From NCBI RefSeq assembly GCF_006345805.1, contig NC_043009.1, positions 61,070,001 to 61,134,000 on the forward strand: DNA of 64,000 bases, given 5' to 3'. A program made the position numbers and the translations under genes. A model generated the notes under the pieces. It worked only from the letters and a program-made list of their open reading frames with translations, did not search any database and was not told where the DNA came from. The stretch is from Octopus sinensis (taxonomy: Eukaryota). Below, one piece after another: positions 39,587 to 52,838 of this stretch (within the stretch, counting starts at the first letter, position 1; each line of letters starts with the position of its first letter).

Positions 39587-41589
39587 GTACTTCATACAAA
39601 AAAATCTTAGTATCAAACAACCAAACAAGGGAAGAACAAAGAAAACTTACCAAATTGATAAATGCTTTGTCCAATGCAAACCACAAAAAATGCAGTAAAC
39701 TCCTTCACAAAGTAATTAGCCCTATCAACAATTCTGACCATGGCCATACCACAAACTATATTACAATACCACAGCAGCATGTAACAGAAGGATACACACA
39801 TGCTTCATATAGGTATCACTCCTTTTCTTGTTTCTTTTATCTTATTTCTGACTCTACTTTAATAAAGGGTTCACCCGCAACGACGATCTCTTTCGTTTCC
39901 TTTTTCTCTTTTTGGTGTACTATTCATTGTGCACAGCTTTCGTTGTTTTTTTTGTGTGTTTACATTATGTCCATACAATTTTGTTTCCCTGTTGTAACCT
40001 TTCGCATTGTCCATCTGTCTGTTTTTATTCCCCTCATTCCATTTGTGCTATTTCACTTATCACAATAACAGCTTCAAGTAACATACCCATACTCGAACAA
40101 CAACTAAACTCTCTTATGAATTATTTTTTTCTAGAGTCAGCCACTAAAAACCACACAAAATATATAAATAATCACATCTTACATCTTTACCATAGCCATG
40201 TCTATTACTTCAGTCCATCACACTTGAGAAACTGTAGGGAAATCAAAAAATGTTAAAGGTTCAGGGTCTGACAAAACACAATTAAAACCCCTATGTTCTG
40301 ACAGTATTGTTTCACCTGCCAATATCCTTTACTATTCATCATTCCTTATTCATTCATTGTGGAGGCACAATGGCCCAGTGGTTAGGGCAACGGACTCGCA
40401 GTCATAGGATCGCGGTTTCAATCCCCAGACCGGGCGTTGTGAGTGTTTATTGAGTGAAAACACCTAAAGCTCCACGAGGCTCCAGCAGTAGGTGGGGGTG
40501 AACCCTGCTGTATTCTTTCACCACAACTGTCTCTGACTTTTCCTTCCTGTTTCTGTTGTATCTGTATTTCAAAGAGCCAGTCTTGTCACACTCTGTGTTA
40601 CACTGAATCTCCCCAAGAACTACATTAAGGGTACATCATGTGTCTGTGGAGTGCTCAGCCACTTGCACGCTAATTTCACAAGATGGCTGTTCCATTGATC
40701 GGATCACCTGGAACCCTCGTCGTTGTAACCTACGGAGTGCCATGATTCATTCATTAATTCCTTTGAGCCCATGTCGAGAACAAGGCACTAACAAGCAGTC
40801 TCCATTTTAAAAGATTTTTGGCAATGGATTGCAGTTGTCCCCAGGTGTAGCTACCTGTTAGTGCTTCAGTTTCTGTGGACTTTCTCTATGTTTTTTGTAT
40901 ACCATACTTCTATTTTCCTTGGGGTGTCCATTGGAGGACTTGTCTTGTAATGTTGGAAGCAGGTTTCTGTGGGGTGTGTCCCAGTCAACTCCATTTCTTC
41001 TTTTTCATTTGGGTTTCAATAGGTTGCTAGTTTACCTGTTTCCACAAGGCTTTTTTTTTGTTTGTTAGCCTGTCTCGCTACTCATGCCAGCTGTCAAACC
41101 CATAGAATATGGAAACTGTACTGAATAATACAATTCTAAAACTTAAACATCACTCTATACTAAACCACCACGCTACACCTGGATTCTCTCTCTCTCTCTC
41201 TCTCATCATCATCATCGTTTAACGTCCGCTTTCCATGTTGGCGTTGTTTGGACGGTTTGACTGAGGACTGGCAAGCCAGAAGGCTGCACTAGGCTCCAGT
41301 CTGATCTGGCAATCTTTCTACAGCTGGATGCCCTTCCTAACACCAACCACTGAGAGTGTAGTGGGTGCTTTTTATGTGTCACTGGCATGGGAGCCAGTCA
41401 GGGGACACTGGCATTGACCACGTTCAGATGATGCATTTTACGTGCCACCAGAATGGGAGCCATTCAAGGAGCATTGGCCACAGCTGCAATTTTGGTTTTA
41501 CTTGACTCAACAGGTCTTCTCAAGCATATTATATCACCCGATGCATCAAGGGTACTCTGATGGATGTGCAATGTCTGTGTGTATGTACA

Positions 41590-42368
41590 ACAAAATGCAA
41601 ATGTGCTTAGAGAAAATTAGGCATAAGAGGCATCAGATGTGGTGTGTAGGAGAGAAGATTGCACAAGTATGGTCATGTGATGCAGATGGATGAGGACTTC
41701 TGTATAAAGAAGTGCTGATCGCAAAATGTGGTAGGAACATGTAGAAGGGGCAGACCTAGGAAGACATGGGATGAAGTGGTGAAACTGACTTCAGGATGTT
41801 GAACCTCTCAGAGGAGATGACTAGGGACTGAGATGAATGGCATTATGCTCTGCTTGAGAAGACCTGTCCTTTTCAGCAGATTCAGGATCTGTTAAGCCTT
41901 CCTCCACAACTCATCTATTTTTTCACTTCCCACCTACATAAAACTGACACCCTCTACATCTAACCCATTCCCTATATCTAGTCACCTGCCACACTATTTT
42001 CACTCACTGCACTTCCTATTCTGTCTAATTCATGTTGTACCTGTACCTCCTCCTTCTTCTTCTTCTTCTTCTTCTTCTTCTTCAGCAAGACACCTGTTCC
42101 TCTCCTATCGTAGTTTATTATTCCTCCAGTCTATAACCCACTCAGTTGAGGGAGGCGTCTTATCTTCCAGGTGTTTGGCGACCTCACTGATGTTGGTGCC
42201 ACAAAAAAGCACCCAATACACTCTGTTGTGTAGTTGGCATCAGGAAGGGCATCCAGCTGTAGAAATTATGCCATGACAGACATAGAACCTGGCAGAGACC
42301 TGGCTTGTCTGTTCTTGTCAAACCATTCAACCTATCGCAGAAAAAGGAATGTTAAATGATGATGCTGA
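41590..42368 (+). mobile_element. Older RTE LINE 3' end with UTR
   Basis: Decayed version of the same C-terminal motif (tatggtcatgtgatgcagatggatgaggac...agacctaggaagacatgg), ending in a (GAT)n tail. Confidence 0.65.
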
Positions 42369-42409
42369 TATGCATAGATACGTAGACAGAAACACTTGCA
42401 CACACATTT

Positions 42410-42585
42410 CAGCAGGGACTTTGGCATATGACAGCAAGTTGATGACAAGCTCAGATTTTTTGTCCAGGGTTATAATAGGCTGGTAGGTAATGTGGAGCTT
42501 TTCAGTGATACAGAGGTTGCAAAACACTTACTAAAAGTTGGAGCCATGTTTATAATTGCCCAAGCATTGCTGATCAGTGCCCAAC
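42410..42585 (-). mobile_element. PLE endonuclease C-terminal fragment
   Basis: Minus-strand translation WAIINMAPTFSKC / CNLCITEKLHI...TLDKKSELV resembles the PLE GIY-YIG C-terminal C.LC..EK...LNKRSEL motif. Confidence 0.65.
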
Positions 42586-42642
42586 AACACCGAAAATAAA
42601 TCATTTTATTTTCTTTTTGTTTGTATCTCTTCTCTTTTCCAG

Positions 42643-42803
42643 GTCCAACAATATGGTAATAAAACATTGTTAGACTTGCCCAGTGAAGGATGGATATTGT
42701 TATGTGGTAGAAACTGTATGAGTGAAGACTCATTGGTGATGGAATTAATTCAGCCGGAACCAAACAGTTTTGCCAATTTTGCCATTGCAGCTAAATTATC
42801 AAG
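42643..42803 (+). CDS. HECTD3: HECTD3 coding exon 2
   Basis: Long polypyrimidine tract with TTCCAG acceptor. Translates VQQYGNKTLLDLPSEGWILLCGRN...AKLS (EGWLLVC-like motif). 161 nt, donor AG|GTGAGT, phase 0 to 2. Confidence 0.88.
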
Positions 42804-42899
42804 GTGAGTACTTTCTGTTCCTTCTCTCTGTCACACTATTTTCTGTAGAACTAAGATGGCTTAATAGATTGGCTATTGGTTTATCCCTTTACCATTTAA

Positions 42900-43118
42900 C
42901 CCTTTCATTACCTAATTTTTTTGAAATGCTCTGTGTTTCTTTCATTTACTTTAAATATAACAAAGAATTTAGTAAAATAACTAAGTTATCATTCAGCTAG
43001 TTTTAGGAACATAAATTGTGACTAAGGTTTGGTGGAAGATTTTAATTCCAAACTTATGAAAACAAGACATTTGTACTCAGAGCTAGGGCCGGTTTCAGCC
43101 GGGTTGGTAACGAAAGGG
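42900..43118. mobile_element. piggyBac-type TTAA MITE nested in a second TTAA MITE (about 42881-43330)
   Basis: TTAA|CCCTTTCATTACC...GGTAACGAAAGGG|TTAA. The host MITE family also occurs at about 5318-5545, 30488-30717 and 59404-59633. Confidence 0.8.
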
Positions 43119-44206
43119 TTAATCCAGCCATATCCGACTCAGATATTCCACCTTTTTATGTTCAAACTGACCAGATCTGGCTTCGTCCACCTACCCTGCT
43201 ATGTCATTCTAAAAATTAACTATCACATTGTCAAAATATTGAAGGTATGCAATAAAACATAATTAAATTCAAAACGATGTTTGTAATTTTGTTTTACATT
43301 TAACAGAGAAATCTGAATGCCAAAGAGTTATGAGCTCAGGTTTTTCAGTTCAGATTCAATGTTGGTGTTTGGTTATGCATCATCATCATCGTTTAACGTC
43401 CGTTTTCCATGCTGGCATGGGTTGGACGGTTCGACCGGGGTCTGGGAAGCCAGGAGGCTGCACCAGGCTCCAGTCTGATCTGGCAGAGTTTCTACAGCTG
43501 GATGCCCTTCTTAATGCCAACCACTCCATGAGAGTAGTGGGTACTTTTTACATGCCACCGGCACAGGGGCCTGAGTAGGTTGGCAAACGGCCATGATCGG
43601 TTGGCACTTTTTATGTATCACCAACACAGATGCCAGTCAGGCAGCACTGGCATCAGCCACGTTCGGATAGTGCTTTTTATGTTCCACCGGCATTCTTTTT
43701 TATTTATTCTTGCTCTTGTTTACATTGTTTCAAATTAATCTTAGCTCATCTCACAGCTTCAAGATTTCAATGATGTAATTGTTTATTTTTAGAATGACAT
43801 TGTAGGGTAGGTGTGAAAGGCTGCATCTGGTTGCTTTGAACATGAGATGGATAAAATATTTTGGTCGGATATAGCTGGTTTAAATACTAAAGGGTTAAAC
43901 AGTCAGAAATTTAGAGAAATAAAATACTAGTTGAAGCACTGGACGAAGCAGAAGAAGAGTTAAGGACATAAGTATGGAGGACAATAGGAAGTTTCTGTAA
44001 GGCAACCTATTGAGGGCTACAGACCAAATCTATGACATGGGGCTAAGTTTCAGGTAGGAAGACCAAGGGTGACATGGTGGTGTAATAGTGAGGTAGACAG
44101 GGTTATAAAAGTGAAGAGACAGAATTGGAAAGATTGGAAAGGTGGAGGCTGTAAATAACTATATCAGGTAGCTAGAAGAGAAGCTAATTAACAGGTATAT
44201 ATATCA

Positions 44207-44440
44207 AGGCGGCGAGCTGGCAGAAACGTTAGCACGCCGGGTAAAATGCTTAGCGGTATTTCGTCTGCGTTACGTTGTGAGTTCAAATTCCGCCGAGGTC
44301 GACTTTGCCTTTCATCCTTTCGGGGTAGATAAATTAAGTACCAGTTATGCACTGGGGTCGCTGTAATCGACTTAATACCTATGTCTGTCCTTGTTTGTCC
44401 CCTCTGTGTTTAGCCCCTTGTGGGTAATAAAGAAATAGGT
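44207..44440 (+). mobile_element. SINE family C (other copies near 1510, 4620, 13084, 16372, 26955, 33895, 47220, 47700, 54480, 57205)
   Basis: AGGCGGCGAGCTGGCAGAAACGTTAGC...GAGTTCAAATTCC (B box). This copy is flanked by the direct repeat AGGT(AT)nCAAGG. Confidence 0.8.
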
Positions 44441-44992
44441 ATATATATCAAGGGGAGATGCAGAAAGGAAAATGTTTGCCAATGTTCTACAACTTGAGGA
44501 TCAGAAGTGTGAAATGTTCCAGCTTGCAAGACAATGTAACAGGAGCAATCAAGATGTTGTGGGACGTGTGTGTCTGGATGAATTACAGTATGCTTGCATT
44601 TTAATCTGGCTGATAAGAAAGACACATAGAAGTGCTACTATGAAATGTTATTAAATGTGGAAAATTCATGAGAGAAGGAGAGTCTTCTTAAAATGGACAC
44701 AAAAAGAGGGACTAGCGATTCTATTTGGCATCAGTTTGATTGACAAGGCAATTAAGGAAATGAAGGTATGAAGTCATTTCAGTCATGTCTCAAGTAATTT
44801 ATGCTGTTGTCAATGCAGTGAATGTAATGAAGACTGGATTAATTCTGGGGGCAGAGAATGATGGTTCATCTTCAAATACAAGACTCTTGTACAAAAAAAA
44901 AAATAAAAATACCCATTAGTAAACATTTGGATTTCTGTCCAACAATTATGCCAAATGCTGCAGTCTAATTCTGAATAAATAAGGAAAAGATG

Positions 44993-45424
44993 TGTAACGG
45001 GATGAGAGATTCCCGCACTGGATGGGTGCGGCTCGCATCCTTTACATTAAATATTAATCGAAGAAAGAGTCAAGACTTCCGATTAACTTCAAGAGTATAA
45101 ATATTTTATTCCTTGATTCGCAATACAAACATTCCCTTCCTCTGGGCGAATCGGCAGCCTAGGAGCTTATCGGAAGTAGTCAAGTGGAGTGAGTCAATCC
45201 TGCCCATTCAAGCATAGCGGAGAGGCACCATGAGGTAGCAGCTTGAGAGAGCCGATGCAGACACGTCTGTCTTGTTCAGCTGCTAGCGTCCAAGAGAGAG
45301 ATACAAGAGAATTTTGGTACTGCTAGTTTTCCGCGCATGCGCATGAGGGAACTTCTGGCAGGCCTCCCGGGAGACTCCAACCCTGCGCATGCATGCTGGA
45401 GATTTCCCAGATGGTGTCACTACA
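44993..45424 (-). mobile_element. Probable solo LTR
   Basis: 432 bp, TGTA...TACA termini, flanks GATG/TATG (4-bp TSD with one mismatch), GC/CpG-richer than the surroundings, AATAAA on the minus strand near 45105. Confidence 0.65.
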
Positions 45425-48400
45425 TATGTTTATTAATAAATATAAATGAAAACTAAATATTATATAACAACATAACAGAATTACAAAGCACAATATATTT
45501 GATTCAACTAAACAACTAGAAGCAACGAGAATAATAAAAGAAAATCAAAAGTTAAGGTAATTTGCTTCTTCTCAGATACAAAACCCTGATTTCAAACCAC
45601 TGTGTACTCTCTTTTACTTGTTTCAGTCATTTGATTGTGGCTATGCTGGAGCACCGCCTTTAGTTGAGCAAATCGATCCCAGGACTTATTCTTTGTAAGC
45701 CTAGCATTTATTCTATCAGTCTATTTTGCTGAACCTTTAAGTTACGGGGACATAAACACACCAGTATCGGTTGTCAAGCAATGTTGGGGGGACAAACACA
45801 GACACACAAAGATATACACACAAATATATATATATATATATATGTGACAAGCTTCTTTCAGTTTCTGTCTACCAAATCCACTCACAAGGCTTTGGTTGGC
45901 CCGAGGCTATAGTAGAAGACACTTCCCCAAGGTGCTATGCAGTGGGACTGGACCCGGAACCATGTGGTTGGTAAGCAAGCTACTTACCACACAGCCACTC
46001 CTACGCACTCCACTGTGTAATTATATTTTTTTTGTACACCATTTGCTGATGTCACCTTTGGATTGACCAACTGGATTGCTTTTTGGAGTCTGAGAAAAAA
46101 TAAAAAAATACAAATAATGTTTTTATGCATTTAACCAACCAGGACATCAGAAAAACAAGTGATGTCTTATGGGAGGCAGCCAACTGGAATGCTAAACTAC
46201 TGATAAAAACAAGTGACCAGGACACATGATAAACAAATGGTGCTCTAGGCAGTCAGTCAACTAGACCACAGGTAGACAAAAACAAGTGATATCTTTCATT
46301 AAGTAGCCAATCAGGACTTGAACCTCTGCCTTAAAGCCAACATATACATGGCTGTATCAGCTTGAAAAAAAGTCCAAGTTCCACATTTGAATGAATAAAG
46401 CACACTACATAACAAGCATGCAAAACAAATTTTTGATGTTTTAAAATCTTCATCATGCCTATGATAACACAATTTATTATTGCGACTTATTCAGTTTCAA
46501 ATTTCTTTCATGAATTATTGCTATGAAATTATTGAACATTGGAACTTTCTTGATTCCTTATTGCTGTAAAATTGATTAAATATCTAAATTTTCTTCATAT
46601 GATTTCACTATGAAACCTATTCAGCATTTGATTTTTGAGCGTATTTTATCATAAGGACATTTTTTTCTTGTGCCTCTTTCCTTTAAATTTTCATCTTATT
46701 TTTCCCTATTTATCATTGAAATGGTATTTCAATAAATTTCAAAAATAAAAAAACAAAAATAAATAAAACTTCATTGTAAGACACAGGTACATTTTCAACT
46801 CCAAAATCAATTTCCTTATATTCCTACTTGTGTAGAAATAAGCCTCTTTTCCCCAATGAAATGATTGACAATATTTTCTTAAAGCAAACCCATTGAACTT
46901 GTGTCAGGTTGGAAAAATGGGTGATAAATCATTGACGATGATGATGTTGGCGTATGTGAATTGGGTCCTAAATTGTAAATGGGCAACCTTTTCCGAGGAG
47001 TGGGCCACATGTAACATGACTCATCCTCAGATGGGCCACACTACTAAAAAAAGAAATCCTGGTTATTTTTTGTTGGTGTGCCATTCAGAAAATCCCACAG
47101 GCTGCAGTTTTCCTGTGACTGTTCTACATGAGGATAACAGTGACAATGATATTGTATATGAAAAAAAGATCTAAATGTGATGGTGCATGGCTTAGGGATT
47201 AAGGTATTCAGCTGATAAAAGGCGGCGAGCTGGTAGAAATGTTAGCATGCCAGACAAAAATGCTTAACGGTATTTCGTTCTGAGTTCAAATTCCGCCGTG
47301 GTTGACTTTGCCTTTCATCCTTCCAGGGTCGATTAAATAAGTACCAGTTATACACTGGGCTCGATATAATCGACTTAATCCGTTTGTCTGTCCTTGTTTG
47401 TCCTCTCTGTGTTTAGCCCCTTGTGGGTAGTAAAGAAATAGGTATTCAGCTGATAATCATAAGATTATGAGTTCGATTCCTGGTGGGGAGTTGTGTTCTT
47501 GAGCCAGATGCTTTATTTCACATTGCTCCAGTCTACTCAGCTGGCAAACTTTCAAAGAGTAACTGAATCTTGGTTCCCAGAATATTAGAAACCAAAGCCA
47601 GACATGTCAGGTTAGAAATAATTGCAGTTACATTGCATCATACATCATCATTTAACATCCACTTCCCATGTTTTATTATGAATATTCTTTCCTACTCTAG
47701 GCACAAGGCCTGAAATTTTGGGGGAGGGGCCAGTTGATTACATCGACTCCGAAAGGATGAAAGGCAAGGTCAACCTTGGTGGAATTTGAACTCAGAATAT
47801 GAAGACAGACAAAATACCACTAAGTATTTTGCCTATTGCCCATAAGGGGCTAAACATAGAAGGGAAAAACAAGGACAGACAAAGGGATTAAGTCGATTAG
47901 ATTGACCCCAGTGTGTAACCTGTGTGTAACTGGTACTTCATTTATCGACCTCAGCGGAATTTGAACTCAGAATGTAAAGACAGACGAAATACCTATTTCT
48001 TTACTACCCACAAGGGGCTAAACATAGAGTGGACAAACAAGGACAGACAAAGGGATTAAGTCGATTACATGGACCCCAGTGCGTAACTGGTACTTAATTT
48101 ATCGACCCCAAAAGGATGAAAGGTAAAGTCGACCTCAGCGGAATTTGAACTCAGAATGTAACGGCAGATGAAATACCAGATAGCATTTCGCCTGGCGTGT
48201 TAACGTTTCTACCAGCACGCCGCCTTTATTATGAATATTGCATTTTGTTTGTCTTCTGGAAAATTGTTGTGTAAATCTGAAGCATGTGGTGTGTTGGCTA
48301 ATGGTAGATGGTTGAGGGGATAAAGTGTTAGACTGTTTACTTGTAGGTTGATGGTTCAAATCTGCTTCATTGCTGTTTCAGGATTGAACACTTATTCTAA

Positions 48401-50211
48401 GTATGAGTGAATGAGAAAATCTTTTTTTACATAGTCACTAAACATGTAAGAAATAGCAGCCAAATCTAACTCAAATTACAACCTACCTACCTTAGAAAAA
48501 AAATACACTGAGGGAGAGATATGTTTGTGTAGTCAGAGATAGCAATCTGTCTGAAGGTGAGAAAGAATGGCTTTGATCAGACAGTTCACTCAATCATTGC
48601 AAGTTGTGGCTAAGACACCACTTCAGTGAATAGTTACTAGCTTACTTGCAAGTGTTACCTGATATAAACTGACAAACTATTATTCAAGGGAAGGTTTCAC
48701 CTTCCTTGCTTCGCAGTGAAACTAGAGCTAAACATCCAGCTCATCAAAGAAAAACAAAAAAAAAGTCCTAATGGGAATTAGCGATACATTTATATTTGTC
48801 TATGTAACAAGGGAGATAATCGCCTTGTCTAAACAGACTTGCTTCTGTTGGTTTGAATTTTTTTAGCAGAAGTAGAGTAAAAGCAGACACAGAATGAATC
48901 AAATTTTCAAGTTACAATTATTTTCTCAACTACAGAAAGGGAAAGATTATCAACTAAAAATGATAAATTTTTATGACTTATTCACAGAAACAAGGGCAGT
49001 CCTCTTGAATTTTTGTAGGGCACCGAGATTGATGTTTGAAATGTTGGAAGAAGCTATGATTTCAAGTTAGTCATATTGTGTGTGTGTGTGTATGTGTGTG
49101 TGTGTGTATGTATGTGTGTGTGTGTGTGTATGTGTGTGTGTGTGTGTGTGTGCTTAGTCAGAAGAAAAGTAGTTCTCTTTTTGTTGGGGTCCAAAGGTTG
49201 AGGTTCAGAAATAGAGAAAGAAAATCACAATTCAATTCAGAGGAAACAGCATATCAAAACTGTCTTATCTTGAGATCAGAAACACTGCTTGAAGATTCAC
49301 AACGGAATGGACTCTTTGAAAGACCAGGTAGTAATTAGCATTTGAACAGCATGATAAAATTAAGTCTCCTTCCAGATTCCACTCATATGCTTGGGTCAAG
49401 TAGAGTCAATGATAAAAGACACTAACCTGAAATGCTGTGCAATGGGCTTGAACCTGGAACCACATGGTCATGATGCACTTTTTTGTTATTTCACAAATGT
49501 TTGAGAAATGCAGTTGACTACATGACTGTTACTTCATATGTGATAATTATTGCCAATTGCTTGGCTACTTTATTTCACATATGTGTGATATATACAGGCA
49601 TCAAAGCTTGGCTATATTTTGTCACACACACTACTTATAGGTGCAGGCATGGCTATGTGGTTAAAAAGTTTGCCTCCTAACCACACGGTTTCAGGTTCAG
49701 TCCTACTGCATAGCACATTGGGTAACTGTCTTCTACTACAGCCCTAGGGTTTCTAAAGCCTTGTGATAAACAGGGACTGCGTGGAAGCTTATTGTTTTTA
49801 TGCCTTGTCTTCACATCACATGATTGTTGTAAATGAATATCATTCATTTTCAATATTCAGCAAAAACATGCCTAGCCTTAGGGAAACCGGTAAGGGCTGG
49901 TGACAGAAAAGACATCTGGCCATAGAAAATCTACTTCATTAAACTCCATCCAACTTATGCAAGCATGGGAAAGTAGACATAGAAAAAAAAAACTGTTTCA
50001 CTTACCCCTAGTACTCTGGTTCTCTTTTATCACTCTAGTGTAGATGCAAGCACTAATATATGATTTATAAAAATCTGTAAAATTAAAACCATCCAGATTT
50101 CTGAGTACCTTTTTTCTTCTAATATATAATACCTGTACATCACCTCCAAACCTAATATATATATATATATATACACATAATATCTGTGTGAGTATATTTA
50201 TTCTTATTCAG

Positions 50212-50443
50212 TTGGCAGGAAGTGGTGGAACATGACTTTAGTGTCCGTCTCAAGAAGTTTGAGTCTGTTCCCCCTGATGAAGAAATGGTACAGAATCTGT
50301 CCAGGGTATTACCAAACTGGACTCTGGAAAATGATGAAGCTCTCGTTCAGCTGATGGCAAATTCTATGAACATAAACAGCCAGTTCTTGGGCAACCTCCG
50401 TCACTATGTCGACTCCGTGGATGTATCTTCGTCCTGTGTATCG
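50212..50443 (+). CDS. HECTD3: HECTD3 coding exon 3
   Basis: TTCAG acceptor. Translates (S)WQEVVEHDFS...PNWTLENDEALVQLM...LGNLRHYVDSVDVSS, matching HECTD3 WEQVV / WTYECDEDLI / LGSVKQYVESIDVSS. Donor TCG|GTAAGT, phase 2 to 0. Confidence 0.93.
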
Positions 50444-50516
50444 GTAAGTTCTTCTTTATCAGTCTCTTGCTTCACCTCTTCCCCATCTTTGCATGATGGC
50501 TTTTACCATTTTCTTG

Positions 50517-51345
50517 GCACATAAAAAGCACCATCCGATCGTGGCCATTGCCAGCCTCGCCTGGCTCCCGTGCCGGTGGCATGTAAAAAGCACCATCCGA
50601 TCGTGGCCATTGCCAGCCTCGCCTGGCTCCCGTGCCAGTGGCATGTAAAAAGCACCATCCGATCGTGGCCATTGCCAGCCTCGCCTGGCTCCCGTGCCGG
50701 TTGCATGTAAAAAGCACTATCCGATCGTGGCCATTGCCAGCCTCGCCTGGCTCCCAAAGCACCATCCGATCATGGCCATTGCCAGCCTCGCCTGGCTCCC
50801 GTGCCGGTTGCATGTAAAAAGCACCATCCGATCGTGGCCATTGCCAGCCTCGCCTGGCTCCCAAAGCACCATCCGATCGTGGCCATTGCCAGCCTCGCCT
50901 GGCTCCTGTGCCGGTTGCATGTAAAAAGCACCATCCGATCGTGGCCATTGCCAGCCTCGCCTGGCTCCCAAAGCACCATCCGATCGTGGCCATTGCCAGC
51001 CTCGCCTGGCTCCCGTGCCGGTTGCATGTAAAAAGCACCATCCGATCGTGGCCATTGCCAGCCTCGCCTGGCTCCCGTGCCGGTTGCATGTAAAAAGCAC
51101 CATCCGATCGTGGCCATTGCCAGCCTCGCCTGGCTCCCGTGCCGGTGGCATGTAAAAAGCACCATCCGATCGTGGCCATTGCCAGCCTCGCCTGGCTCCC
51201 GTGCCAGTGGCATGTAAAAAGCACCATCCGATCGTGGCTGTTGCCAGCCTCGCCTGGCCCCCATGCCGGTGGCACGTAAAAAGCACCATCCGATCATGGC
51301 CGTTTGCCAGCCTCGTCTGGCACCTGTGCCGGTTGTATGTAAAAG
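50517..51345 (+). repeat. Minisatellite: about 14 units of 62 bp and 45 bp
   Basis: Unit AAAGCACCATCCGATCGTGGCCATTGCCAGCCTCGCCTGGCTCCC(GTGCCGGTTGCATGTAA). Runs into an RTE-UTR repeat ending near 51515. Confidence 0.95.
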
Positions 51346-52703
51346 CACCCACTACACTCATGGAGTGGTTGGCGTTAGGAAGGGCATCCAGCCGTAGAAA
51401 CATTGCCAGATCAGACTGGAGCCTGGTGCAGCCTTCTGGCTTCCCAGACCCCAGTTGAACCATCCAACACGTGCTAGCATGGAAAGCGGACGCTAACGAT
51501 GATGATGATGATGATTACCTGAAGACATGAGTAGTTCTTGTATATGTCTTCAGGCAGAAAAAAACATTGATAATCCACACAGAGTCAAATTACTACCATT
51601 TGTTCACCAATGCTATAACACCATTATTATAAGTAGTAGTATTTTTTCCAATGCTTTGTGAGTGAATATGGTGGGCAGAAACTGTACTGAAGCCCATCAT
51701 GTATTGGCATGTCTGTGTTTCTCTTTCATCTCTTCGCAACTGGTTTGTTTATGTCCCTACAGCATAACAGTTTGTTGAAAAAGAGATCATGCATTAAGTA
51801 CCAGGTTTATAATAGGTACGAGGCATGATTTGATCAAGTAAGCCCTTCAAAGCAGTGGCCCCCAAAACGGCTGCAGTCCATTGACTGAAACAAATAAAAG
51901 AACTAAAGGGAAAAAAATACTCACTCATATCCTCCTCCTCTATTGATGCCTTTATTTTCTTTGTTTTTGGTTTTATATTTTCATTTTAGAAGAAAAAAGA
52001 ACATTAAAAAAATATGTCGAAAGCATTTAGCAATCGCTTTTCACCTCCTCCTCCTCATCATCATCAGAAGCAGCAGGAATGGCACCAACACTATCATTTA
52101 TTTTCTTGTTTTTGTCTTAATATATTTTTGTTTTCAATAAAAAAAATCAAGAAATGTCTAAAAACTATTTTTCCTCAGTCATTATCATTATTATTGGTAT
52201 CATCATCCTTGTTGGTATTTATGTGTGTGTGTGTTTCTCCTTGCTGGAATGGGTTTCTTGGGTGTAAAACACCTCACCTCTGTAGACACATTACAAATGC
52301 CATCCTTCCATCAAACCTTTTGCAAGCTCTGATATGCCCAAGTCTTCTGCATTAACTATGGAAAACACTAGTCTCCAAGCTAACAACAGAGACACATTGG
52401 TGTCCAATAATAAATTTTCTCCAATCTTCCTTTAATAATACAGTAATATATCAACAGTTAGGTTTCTCCTTTCAAAAGTCTTTTGGAAAGAAGTTTGCTT
52501 TCCAACCACATGGTTCCCGGTTCAGTCCCACTGCTTGGAACCTTAGGTGAGTGCTTTCTACTATGGCCTTGGGCTGACCAAAGTCTTGTGAGAGGATTTG
52601 GTCAACAGAAACTGAAAGAAGCCTCTGTGTGTGTGTGTGTATCATGATGATGGTTATATATGTATGTATGCATGTATGTATGTGTGTGTATGTATGTATA
52701 ATA

Positions 52704-52838
52704 CAGGGTATGATGGGTAAATTGTCGCCATTTTATATTTTTAATTTCACGCATGTACATTATTTGTTTTTGATTTTGTTGACTACTCAGTATAGTAGGG
52801 TCAGTTGGGCACCATCTGTGAGAAAAAAACAGCACCAT
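52704..52838 (+). mobile_element. 5' terminal fragment of the same Tc1/mariner family
   Basis: TA|CAGGGTATGATGGGTAAATT... aligns to 16927-17060. Confidence 0.8.

Noticed and set aside
50315-50345. CTGATGA at about 50275 in exon 3 as a ribozyme core
   Set aside because: Explained by the coding sequence (PDEE), with no flanking stems.
50472-51463. Long overlapping ORFs (267, 248, 192 aa) and a CRISPR-like appearance
   Set aside because: Head-to-tail tandem units with no unique spacers, no cas genes and eukaryotic intronic context. The ORFs are artefacts of the repeat.
51518-51556. CCTGAAGACAT...ATGTCTTCAGG hairpin containing CTGAAGA
   Set aside because: The core motif is itself base-paired in a simple hairpin with no suitably placed GAAA/NUH.
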